A DNA stretch of 32,154 nucleotides, taken from contig JBDGTS010000041.1 of assembly GCA_042216675.1 (NCBI GenBank), positions 1-32,154 on the forward strand, in the 5' to 3' direction. The position numbers were made by a program, and so were the translations under genes. A model generated the notes under the pieces. That model had not been told where the DNA came from. It was given only the letters and a program-made list of their open reading frames with translations, and searched no databases. Each line of letters opens with the position of its first letter. The stretch's first letter is position 1. The stretch is from Halobacteriaceae archaeon. Its GTDB lineage: Archaea; Halobacteriota; Halobacteria; Halobacteriales; Halobacteriaceae. Of the stretch, positions 18,492 to 26,224 are shown piece by piece.

Positions 18492-19403
18492 CTAGAAGAT
18501 GGTCGCCTGCCGGTACACTTCGAGGCCCTCCTCGGAGATTTCGTAGGGCTTCGTCTCGCGGGAGTGGTTCGCGTCCCGGATCTTCTGAATCTCGACGGCC
18601 AAGCGCGTCTCGTGGAAGTCCTCCGGGCGGACGTACCGGAACACGAAGACGGCGTCCGTGAGATACTCGATGATGCCGAATCGGGTGGCGTAGGGGTTGT
18701 CGGCGTCGGCCTCGCTGGTGAGAAACGTCGTCACGCCGGCCTGCTTCAGCGACCGGGTGAAGTCGTAGATTTCGGTCCGGCGCGAGGCCTGATCGTCGTA
18801 CATCATCTCCAGCAGAGAGACGGAGTCGAGGACCAGCCGCGTCGCGCCGAAGTCGTCGATGAGGGCCGGGAGCTCCGTGCGGATGCTGGCGAGGCTGTTC
18901 GCCATCTCGATCGGGTCGAGGTCCACGACGGCGAGATTCCCCTCCGCGACGTGGTCGCGGAAGCCCCACCCGCGCTCCTCCGCCGTCGAGAGGACGCGCT
19001 CGCGGTCCTCTTCGAGGGCGATGAAGACGGCGCTCTCGCCGTTTTCGAGCGCCTCGTTGAGGAACTGCAGCCCGAACGTCGTCTTCCCCGTCCCCGGGCC
19101 GCCGATGCCGACCATCAGCGAGCGCTCGGGGACGCCGCCCTGAATCATGGCGTCGAGGCCCTCGACGCCGAGTTCGATGCGGGGGATGTCGGACTCGAAC
19201 TCCGCCTCGTCGAACGACTCCTCCGACGTGGGTGGGCCGCCGAAGCCGGCCTCCTCTCCTCCCTCGGCGCCGGGCGCGCCCTCCAGAGCGTCCGCGAAAC
19301 TCTCCTCGAAGAGGTCGTCGCTCTCCTGCTGGGGTTCCGCCTCCTCTTTCTCGGACCCGAGGCCCTCCTCGAACCAGTCCTCGTCGTCCGAGCCGTCAGC
19401 CAC
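18492..19403 (-). CDS. Single-domain archaeal KaiC-family (RAD55-like) ATPase
   Basis: GVEGLDAMIQGGVP, Walker A GGPGTGKT, LEE, LVLDS, EYLTD, KIR; acidic N-terminal extension; SD-like GGGGTGA before GTG. Confidence 0.9.
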   Translation of the reverse strand: MADGSDDEDWFEEGLGSEKEEAEPQQESDDLFEESFADALEGAPGAEGGEEAGFGGPPTSEESFDEAEFESDIPRIELGVEGLDAMIQGGVPERSLMVGIGGPGTGKTTFGLQFLNEALENGESAVFIALEEDRERVLSTAEERGWGFRDHVAEGNLAVVDLDPIEMANSLASIRTELPALIDDFGATRLVLDSVSLLEMMYDDQASRRTEIYDFTRSLKQAGVTTFLTSEADADNPYATRFGIIEYLTDAVFVFRYVRPEDFHETRLAVEIQKIRDANHSRETKPYEISEEGLEVYRQATIF

Positions 19404-19532
19404 GTCGGGTCACCCCCGACGCCGCGACTCGGGGTGGCGGCTCACTCATCGTAGTAGACGCGGGGACCGCGGGCAAAGAAATTTCCCCCTCAGATGGCGG
19501 GGTTTTTCCCGGCGGCCCGCCTTCGCCACCCC

Positions 19533-20351
19533 ATGCGAGTCGGCATCGTCGCGCAACGGGGGAACTCCCGCGCCGCCTACCTCGCCTCGGACATCGCGGC
19601 CGAGGTGGCCGCCGAAGTCTACTTCGACGCGGAGACGGCGGCACATCTCGACCGCACCGAGGAAGGCCGACCGACCGGCGCGTTCGCCGACTCCGACCTC
19701 GTCGTGAGCATCGGCGGCGACGGCACCTTCCTCTACGCCGCCCGCAACGCCGGCACGACGCCCATCCTCGGCGTCAATCTCGGCGAGGTGGGGTTCCTCA
19801 ACGCCATCGCGCCCGAAGACGCCGTCGAGTCGGTCCAGCGGGAAGTCGAGCGCTACCACGAGACGGGCGCGGTCCGGTGCCGGGAGATGCCCCGCATCCG
19901 CGCCTCGGGCGACGACTGGACCGTCTCCCCCGCGCTCAACGAAATCGCCGTCCTCGGGCCACAGCGCGGCCGCGGAAGCGGCTGTGACGCCTCCGTCTAC
20001 GTCGACGGCGACCTGTACACCGCCTCCCACGCCGACGGCATCCTCGTCGCCACCGCAGTCGGGTCCAGCGCGTACAACCTCAGCGAGGGCGGCCCGCTCG
20101 TCCGCCCCGGGACCGGGGCGCTCGTCGTCACGGGGATGTGCGCGGCCGACCCGATGCCGCCCCTCGTCACGGACGTCGAGGACGACGTGACGGTCCACGT
20201 CGAGGACGCCGACGCGGCCGTCGTCACGAGCGACGGCACGAACGCCGAGTGGCTCACGCCCCCGACACAGGTCACCGTCGAGTCCGCGGCCCCGGCCCGC
20301 ATCGCCGGCCCCGGCGTCGACTTCTTCACGGCTCTCGGCAAGCTCGAGTAG
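19533..20351 (+). CDS. nadK: NAD(+)/NADH kinase
   Basis: [26 protein letters not shown]...[13 protein letters not shown]. Confidence 0.95.
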   Translation: MRVGIVAQRGNSRAAYLASDIAAEVAAEVYFDAETAAHLDRTEEGRPTGAFADSDLVVSIGGDGTFLYAARNAGTTPILGVNLGEVGFLNAIAPEDAVESVQREVERYHETGAVRCREMPRIRASGDDWTVSPALNEIAVLGPQRGRGSGCDASVYVDGDLYTASHADGILVATAVGSSAYNLSEGGPLVRPGTGALVVTGMCAADPMPPLVTDVEDDVTVHVEDADAAVVTSDGTNAEWLTPPTQVTVESAAPARIAGPGVDFFTALGKLE

Positions 20352-20393
20352 GAACGCAAAGCCCTAACCCCGGGACCGCCTAGAGCGCGTGTC

Positions 20394-21332
20394 ATGAAGA
20401 GCAAGGGCCAGTTGCCCGACGTGCAGGCGTCCGAACCGGACGTCAGCGTGGGGCTGGGTCAGGTCGGCGTCACCGGGGTCGAGAAACTCGTGGAGGTCGC
20501 CCGCCCCGACGACCGGGACTACGTACTCACCGCGGAGTTCGAGGTGTACGTCGACTTGCCCAAGCGGCGCAAGGGCATCGACATGAGCCGGAACATGGAG
20601 GTCATCGACGAGGTGTTGGAGGACGCCCTCGCCGAACCGGCCTACCGCGTCGAGGACGTCTGTGGCGACGCCGCCGAACGCCTCCTCGAGAAGCACGACT
20701 ACACCTCCCGGGCCACCGTCGAGATGGAAGCCGAGTGGATGACCCGCGAGCGCACGCCCGAGAGCGACCGGCCCACCCAGAGCAAGGTGGACATGCTCGC
20801 CAGCGCCACCGCCGCGGAGGGCGAACCGGTCCGCGAGGAAATTGGCGCCCGCGTCACCGGGATGACCGTCTGTCCCTGCTCGCAGGGGATGATGGAGGGT
20901 CGCGCCGCCGACCGCCTCGAAGAACTCGGCCTCGGCGAGGAAGAGGTGAAGGCGTTCCTGCGGGACGTGCCACAGGCCGGCCACTCGCAGCGCGGCCACG
21001 CGACGCTCGCCGTCGAGACGACGGAGAGTCCCCAAATCATGCTCAACGAACTCGTGGAGGTGGCCCGCGACTCGATGAGCGCCCGCATCTACAACATGGC
21101 CAAGCGCCCCGACGAGGACCACATGACCTACGCGGCCCACGCCAACGCGAAGTTCGTCGAGGACTGCGTCCGCTCGATGGCCGAGGGCGTCGTCTCGGAG
21201 TTCGGGGACCTCTCGGACGACGCGGTGGTGACGATGAAGCAGTCCAACGACGAGTCCATCCACCAGCACAACGCCCACGCCGAGCGCATCGCGGAGATGG
21301 GGGCGCTCCGCGAGGAAGTTGGCGGGAACTGA
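20394..21332 (+). CDS. mptA: GTP cyclohydrolase MptA (FolE2/IB family)
   Basis: [51 protein letters not shown]. Confidence 0.95.
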   Translation: MKSKGQLPDVQASEPDVSVGLGQVGVTGVEKLVEVARPDDRDYVLTAEFEVYVDLPKRRKGIDMSRNMEVIDEVLEDALAEPAYRVEDVCGDAAERLLEKHDYTSRATVEMEAEWMTRERTPESDRPTQSKVDMLASATAAEGEPVREEIGARVTGMTVCPCSQGMMEGRAADRLEELGLGEEEVKAFLRDVPQAGHSQRGHATLAVETTESPQIMLNELVEVARDSMSARIYNMAKRPDEDHMTYAAHANAKFVEDCVRSMAEGVVSEFGDLSDDAVVTMKQSNDESIHQHNAHAERIAEMGALREEVGGN

Positions 21333-21382
21333 GCAGTTCGACGAACCGAACTTTCTTTGTCGCGTGCCCGAACCCGTGAGGT

Positions 21383-22726
21383 ATGCGACGCACGTCGCGG
21401 CGTGAGACACTGCGACTGTTGGGTGCGGGGGCGGCGGCTATCGGACTCGCGGCGACGCCGACGAGCGCCGCGGGCGAGTCGACGGCGTGGATCCGGACGC
21501 TCTCCGGGGGCGGGGACACGCGACTCACGGGGGCGGCGCCGGACGGCGGCGGCGGGAGCGTCGTCGCCGGCCAGCGGGGGTCGCGTGGCTTCGCCGCGAA
21601 CCTCGGCCCCGGCGGTGCCACCGACTGGGTGCTCACGGTCAAAGAGCGCGAGGGCGTGCGCTTCTCCGACGTGACGACCCGGAAGGGCCGTCACGCGTTC
21701 GTCGGCAGACATACCGGCGACATCCAGAACGACGGCTACCTCGCTCTCGTCGAGGACGGGCGGGTCGTGCAGGACCGCACGTACGGCGCCCAGCAGTACA
21801 ACGACGACTTGCACGCGGTGACGGCACTCGACGACGGCTTTCTCTTGGCCGGACGCACCCTCGACCCGAACACGCGGACGAACGTCGGCTGGGCGGTCCG
21901 AACCGGCATCGCGGGCACGGTGACGTGGTCCCGGGCCTTCACGGAGGGCGACCAGAACGTGTTTCTCGACGCGGCCGTCCTCGACGACGGCTTCGTGTTC
22001 GCGGGCTACAGCGACGGGCAGGCGCTGGTCATCGAGACGGACGAGAGCGGGGAGCGCCGGCGCACGAACACCTACGGCGGGAACGACAGCCGCGCCCATC
22101 GGTGTACCGCGGTGCTGCCCGCGACGCGGGGCTACTACCTCACCGGCTACGCCGAGGCCGGGTCCGAGAGCGTGGGCTGGGTGATGCACGTCGACGGGAC
22201 CCAACAGCGGGTGTGGCGGCGCACGCTCGGCGACGGGGGCGCCCGAATCGAGGACATGGGGGCCGCCGGCGGCGCACCGTTCCTCGCCGGCGAGCAGGGG
22301 GGCGCCGCGTGGGCGCTCCGCGCCAGCGAGTCCGGCGCCGGGTGGCAACGGACCTTCGGCGCCGCGGACCGCTTCGAGGGCACCGCGGCGCTCCGGGACG
22401 GTGCCGTCTTCGCCGGCACCCGCGGCACCGACGGGTTCGTCGTGAAGGTCGGGACCCCGAGCGACACGTCGTCGGGCGAAGCGACGGCGACGAGCGAGGA
22501 CACGCCGATCCCCGACGCCGGGGAGACGACGACGGCCACCGACGCTGAGAGCGACCCGACCCGGACCGCGACCGAAACCGACGCCGGCGGCGGCGGTGAC
22601 GAACCGGCGCCGACGGCGCAGAACACCTCCGAGGTCATCGGCGTCCCCGGGTTCGGTGTCCCGGCCGCGCTTCTCGGCGCCGGGGCGGCGGGGTGGGCGG
22701 CGGTCCGCCGCGACTCGGAGGACTAA
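21383..22726 (+). CDS. Tat-exported, PGF-CTERM cell-surface protein with probable beta-propeller repeats
   Basis: N-terminal SRRETL plus hydrophobic stretch and AxA; repeated DGF..AG and W.R.(Y/F)G blades; Thr/Asp-rich linker; C-terminal VPGFG-TM-RR. Confidence 0.85.
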   Translation: MRRTSRRETLRLLGAGAAAIGLAATPTSAAGESTAWIRTLSGGGDTRLTGAAPDGGGGSVVAGQRGSRGFAANLGPGGATDWVLTVKEREGVRFSDVTTRKGRHAFVGRHTGDIQNDGYLALVEDGRVVQDRTYGAQQYNDDLHAVTALDDGFLLAGRTLDPNTRTNVGWAVRTGIAGTVTWSRAFTEGDQNVFLDAAVLDDGFVFAGYSDGQALVIETDESGERRRTNTYGGNDSRAHRCTAVLPATRGYYLTGYAEAGSESVGWVMHVDGTQQRVWRRTLGDGGARIEDMGAAGGAPFLAGEQGGAAWALRASESGAGWQRTFGAADRFEGTAALRDGAVFAGTRGTDGFVVKVGTPSDTSSGEATATSEDTPIPDAGETTTATDAESDPTRTATETDAGGGGDEPAPTAQNTSEVIGVPGFGVPAALLGAGAAGWAAVRRDSED

Positions 22727-24363
22727 GCCACGTCGGCGACCCGCGCGAGCAGTTCGTCGGGGGTGCAGGCGGGCCGCGAGGTTTCCTCGCCGCGGAGTAC
22801 GTACGCTGCGCCGCGTTCGAACGACGACTCGGGCAGGCAGTCGCCCCCCGCGTTCGGGACGACGACTTTCTCGTGGTCGGCCATCCGGAGCGCCGCGAGG
22901 TGGAGGTCCGTCCCCGGGTCCGTCGCGACGGCGATCCGGAGCGGCGTCCGCGAGACGCGCGACGCCGCCGTCGCGTAGGCCGCGACCTGTGGCCCCATCC
23001 GTGGCGCCGCGCCCGCGAACGCCGCGACGGCGGCACGCGCCACCTTGCCGTAGCGCGCGTCGCCGGTCAGCGCGTGGAGGTCCACCAGCGCGTTCGCGAG
23101 GTGCGCGTTGTCGTCGAGGGGATGGAGCGGCCGGTCACAGAGACCGGCGTCGCCCGTCGGGCCGTCGACGAAGCCGTCGTCCTCGCCCCGGAGCGTCTCG
23201 ATGGCGCTGTCGGCCACCGCGCGGGCGGTGTCGAGATACGACGGGTCGAGCACCTGCGCCGCGCGGGCGAACGCCCCCGCGACGTGGGCGTGGTCCGCGA
23301 GGAGGCCACGTGGCGCCTCGGGGTCGTCGTAGTGCGCGACGACTCCCTCGGACACGAGTTCGTCAGCGAGAAAGTCCAGCGCTCGCTCCGCGTAGCGGCC
23401 CGCGATGTCGGCGTCGGTGTAGGCGTGGTGGGTCAACAGCGCGTCGGCGGCCAGCGCGTTCCGGTCCGCGAACGCCGTCTCGTCGATTGGGGGTTCCTCG
23501 GCACTGGCGCGGTCGGAGGGGGGTTTCGAGAAGTAGTCGCCCGGCTCTTGGCTCCCGCCGAAGGCGTCGCCGGTCCACAGCGTCGTCGTGAGGTAGTCCA
23601 CTGTCTCGGCGGCCGTCTCGCGGTAGCGGTCCTCGCCGGTGACGAGGTAGGCGTTGGCGAACGCCCGGCAGAGCGCGGCGTTCGTGTCCAGCAGTTTCTC
23701 GCGCTGTGGCTCCGACCAGTCGCGCTCGCCGGCGTAGCGGTAGAAGCCGCCGTCGTAGGGGTCCCGAAGCGAGCGCTGGATGGCCGCGAGGGTGTTTCTC
23801 GCCGCGGTGCGCTCGCGAGTCAGCGCGAACTCGATTGTCCGGGGGAGCGGGAACTTCGCGTCAGTGCCCCAGCCGGCGTTCTCGTCGTCGTACTGGCTCT
23901 CCACTTGGCCCGCGACGTGACGCTCCACCTCGGCTGGGTCGCCGGGCCGCGTGCCGCGTTCGCGGACGGCCCGCGGGATGCGGCCGGCCTCGGCGCCGCG
24001 CGCGTCCCACGCCTCGCGCACCCTGTCGAGGATGCCCCGGAAGCCCTCGTCGTCGAGGAACGTCGCACCCGAGATGACCTCGCCGTCGGGCGTGAGAAAC
24101 ACCGTCGAGGGGAAGCCCCCCATCGTGTACCGCTCGCGAACCATCGGGTTCCGGTCGGCGTCGACTCGCACCGGCACGAAGCCGTCGTTGACGTTCGCGG
24201 CGATGCGGGGGTCGTCGAACACCCGGTCGTCCATCCGGCGGCACCACTCACACCACGGCGCCACGAGGGACAGCAGGACCGGTTTGCCGCTCCGGTCCGC
24301 GGCCGCGAAGGCGTCCTCCCCCCACGGCCGCCACTCCACCCGCGTCCGGTCCGCGTCGTGCAT
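22723..24363 (-). CDS. DUF255/YyaL-type thioredoxin-domain plus (alpha/alpha)6 barrel protein
   Basis: VEWRPWGEDAF, WCEWCRRMD, FVPVRVD, GGFPSTVFLTPDG, GGFYRY, EKLLDTNA. Confidence 0.9.
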   Translation of the reverse strand: MHDADRTRVEWRPWGEDAFAAADRSGKPVLLSLVAPWCEWCRRMDDRVFDDPRIAANVNDGFVPVRVDADRNPMVRERYTMGGFPSTVFLTPDGEVISGATFLDDEGFRGILDRVREAWDARGAEAGRIPRAVRERGTRPGDPAEVERHVAGQVESQYDDENAGWGTDAKFPLPRTIEFALTRERTAARNTLAAIQRSLRDPYDGGFYRYAGERDWSEPQREKLLDTNAALCRAFANAYLVTGEDRYRETAAETVDYLTTTLWTGDAFGGSQEPGDYFSKPPSDRASAEEPPIDETAFADRNALAADALLTHHAYTDADIAGRYAERALDFLADELVSEGVVAHYDDPEAPRGLLADHAHVAGAFARAAQVLDPSYLDTARAVADSAIETLRGEDDGFVDGPTGDAGLCDRPLHPLDDNAHLANALVDLHALTGDARYGKVARAAVAAFAGAAPRMGPQVAAYATAASRVSRTPLRIAVATDPGTDLHLAALRMADHEKVVVPNAGGDCLPESSFERGAAYVLRGEETSRPACTPDELLARVADVA

Positions 24364-24446
24364 GCCCGCTCCCACGGGGTCACCGCGGGAAAGGGCTTCG
24401 GACGCTCCCCCGAAGGGTTTTCACGCCGCGGCCGGCTACGGCCGGT

Positions 24447-24980
24447 ATGCGCCGTCTCGGCTGGCTCCTGTTGGCCCTGCTCGTCATTCCGCTCGCCGAC
24501 GCCCTCTTCCTCGTCTTCGTGGCCGTCGAACTCGGCTGGAAGCTCACCGTCGCGCTCGTCGTCCTGACGGCCCTCGTCGGGATGGTGTTCGTCCGCGCCG
24601 AGGGCCGACACACGATGCGGAAGATACAGCGCGCCGTCGCGGAGGGCCGCGCGCCCACCGACGAACTGCTGGACGGGGCGCTCCTCCTCGTCGCTGGCGC
24701 GTTCCTCCTCACCCCGGGGCTGGTGACGGACGGCCTCGGTCTGCTGTTGGTGTTCCGGCCGACGCGCTACCCGTTCCGACTCGCGGTCAAGCGCTTCGTC
24801 GTCCCGAAACTCGACGAGCGCTCGGGCGGGTTCGCCACCGGCAACGTCTACACGTTCGGCTTCCCCGGCGGCGACGGCGGTCCGTCGGACGGGAACGACG
24901 CCGCTACCGGCGGCGAGACGGTCGACCTCGGGGAGGACGACTACGACGTGCAGTTCGGCGACGAGGACGACCGGGACTGA
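24447..24980 (+). CDS. fxsA: FxsA family membrane protein
   Basis: IPLAD, LTALVG, ELLDGALLLVAGAFLLTPGLVTD. Confidence 0.9.
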   Translation: MRRLGWLLLALLVIPLADALFLVFVAVELGWKLTVALVVLTALVGMVFVRAEGRHTMRKIQRAVAEGRAPTDELLDGALLLVAGAFLLTPGLVTDGLGLLLVFRPTRYPFRLAVKRFVVPKLDERSGGFATGNVYTFGFPGGDGGPSDGNDAATGGETVDLGEDDYDVQFGDEDDRD

Positions 24981-25010
24981 CGGACGGCCCCGACCTGACG
25001 GGGACGGAAG

Positions 25011-25023
25011 GAAACGTTTAAAC
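25011..25023 (+). promoter_or_regulatory. BRE/TATA promoter of tRNA-Ile
   Basis: gaaacgTTTAAAc about 30-35 nt upstream of the tRNA 5' end. Confidence 0.7.
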
Positions 25024-25052
25024 TTCCGACCCGGGTTAGGTAGAGATGCGTC

Positions 25053-25126
25053 GGGCCAGTAGCTCAATTAGGTAGAGCGCTACTCTGATAAGGTAGAAGT
25101 TCGCGGTTCAAATCCGTGCTGGCCCA
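25053..25126 (+). tRNA. tRNA-Ile: tRNA-Ile (anticodon GAT), intronless, CCA not encoded
   Basis: Acceptor gggccag/ctggccc plus discriminator A; D arm gctc/gagc; anticodon arm ctact-CTGATAA-ggtag; T arm cgcgg-TTCAAAT-ccgtg. Confidence 0.95.
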
Positions 25127-25241
25127 TGATTTTCGGCTCGTTGCTCCGTCACCGAGCCACGTCTGGGCCGTGGATTTGAACGAGACCAGACGCGCAACGG
25201 CGTGAGCACGTCTGGGCGTGGTTCAAATCCGTGCTGGCCCA
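25105..25241. repeat. 22-bp direct repeat of the tRNA 3' end enclosing a 93-bp hairpin element
   Basis: ggttcaaatccgtgctggccca at 25105-25126 and 25220-25241; internal ggatttgaac (25172-25181) is complementary to gttcaaatcc. Confidence 0.85.
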
Positions 25242-25252
25242 CTCCGATTCTC

Positions 25253-25276
25253 CGCTCGACGATCCGTCGTCGAGCG
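25253..25276. terminator. Perfect 10-bp hairpin between convergent tRNA and AEC transcripts (possible terminator or processing signal)
   Basis: cgctcgacga-tccg-tcgtcgagcg. Confidence 0.4.
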
Positions 25277-25286
25277 ACGCCGCGTC

Positions 25287-26195
25287 TCAGCCCACCAGCC
25301 ACAGCAAGCCGAACAGCGTCGCCACCGAGACGACGGTCGTGGCGAACACGTTCAGCGATGCGAACCCCTCGTCGCCGCCCAGCTCCGCGGCGTAGACGTA
25401 CGTCGAGACGGCCGTCGGCGTGCCGGCCATCACCACCGCCGCGGCGCGGGTGACCGGGGCGACGGAGAGGGCGCTGAACACCGCGAGCGCCGTCAGCGGC
25501 ATCGCCACCACCTTCAGCGCGACGACGGCGCCCGTCGTGACGGCGCGCGTCTCCGGAACTGTCAGGTCGAGCGACGCGCCGACGGCCAACAGCGCGAGGG
25601 GGAGCGCGAGTTCCGAGACGGCGCCGAGCGTCCTCGTGGCGGCGGCGGGCGGGCGCCACGCCACCGCCGCGACGGCGAGGCCGACGACGAGCGACCAGAT
25701 GACTGGATTCTCGAGGAGCGTCCTGAGTTCGTCGCCCACGTCGGCGTTCGCGTCGTTGATAGTCGTCAGCACGACGATGGTCAGGGGGACGTGGAACAGC
25801 ACTCCCGCGCCGAGGATGACGCTCGCTTTCGCGGCCGCGAAGTCCCCCAGCGACGCCGCCACCAGCGGCAGGCCCAGAAAGCCGAGATTCGAGTGATAGG
25901 ACTGCACGATGGCGACGCTCCGGGTCTCCCGCGCGTCGAGGTGCCGGTGGACGAGGTAGCCCGCCAGCGCCACCGCCCCGACGACGAGCCAGAACCCCCC
26001 GACCAGCGCCGGCGAGAGGAGGGTGTCGAGCGACTGGTCGTGCGTCGAGGAGAAGATGAGCGCGGGGAGGGCGACGTAGAACGCGACGGCCGTGAGGAGC
26101 GTGCGTCGTCGCTCGGTCAGGACGCCGACGGCCCGCAGGCCCACGCCCACGAGCAATAGCGCCAACAGCCACCCCAACCGGACGAAGAACTCCAT
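25287..26195 (-). CDS. AEC (auxin efflux carrier/membrane transport) family permease
   Basis: FYVALPALIF, SNLGFLGLPL, ENPVI, LALLAVGASL, GTPTAVSTYV; about 10 TM. Confidence 0.9.
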   Translation of the reverse strand: MEFFVRLGWLLALLLVGVGLRAVGVLTERRRTLLTAVAFYVALPALIFSSTHDQSLDTLLSPALVGGFWLVVGAVALAGYLVHRHLDARETRSVAIVQSYHSNLGFLGLPLVAASLGDFAAAKASVILGAGVLFHVPLTIVVLTTINDANADVGDELRTLLENPVIWSLVVGLAVAAVAWRPPAAATRTLGAVSELALPLALLAVGASLDLTVPETRAVTTGAVVALKVVAMPLTALAVFSALSVAPVTRAAAVVMAGTPTAVSTYVYAAELGGDEGFASLNVFATTVVSVATLFGLLWLVG

Positions 26196-26224
26196 CTATG
26201 CCGTCGCCAGTCGCTCGCCGGACT

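Noticed and set aside
18492-19403. Circadian clock (kaiABC)
   Set aside because: Single domain, no kaiA/kaiB nearby, and the ST phosphosite pair is absent.
25105-25241. Prophage or integrative element at tRNA-Ile
   Set aside because: Only 93 bp lies between the direct repeats, and no integrase or viral genes are present.
25172-25241. Second tRNA gene
   Set aside because: Only the T arm and 3' acceptor strand are present; there is no matching 5' acceptor strand, D arm or anticodon arm.
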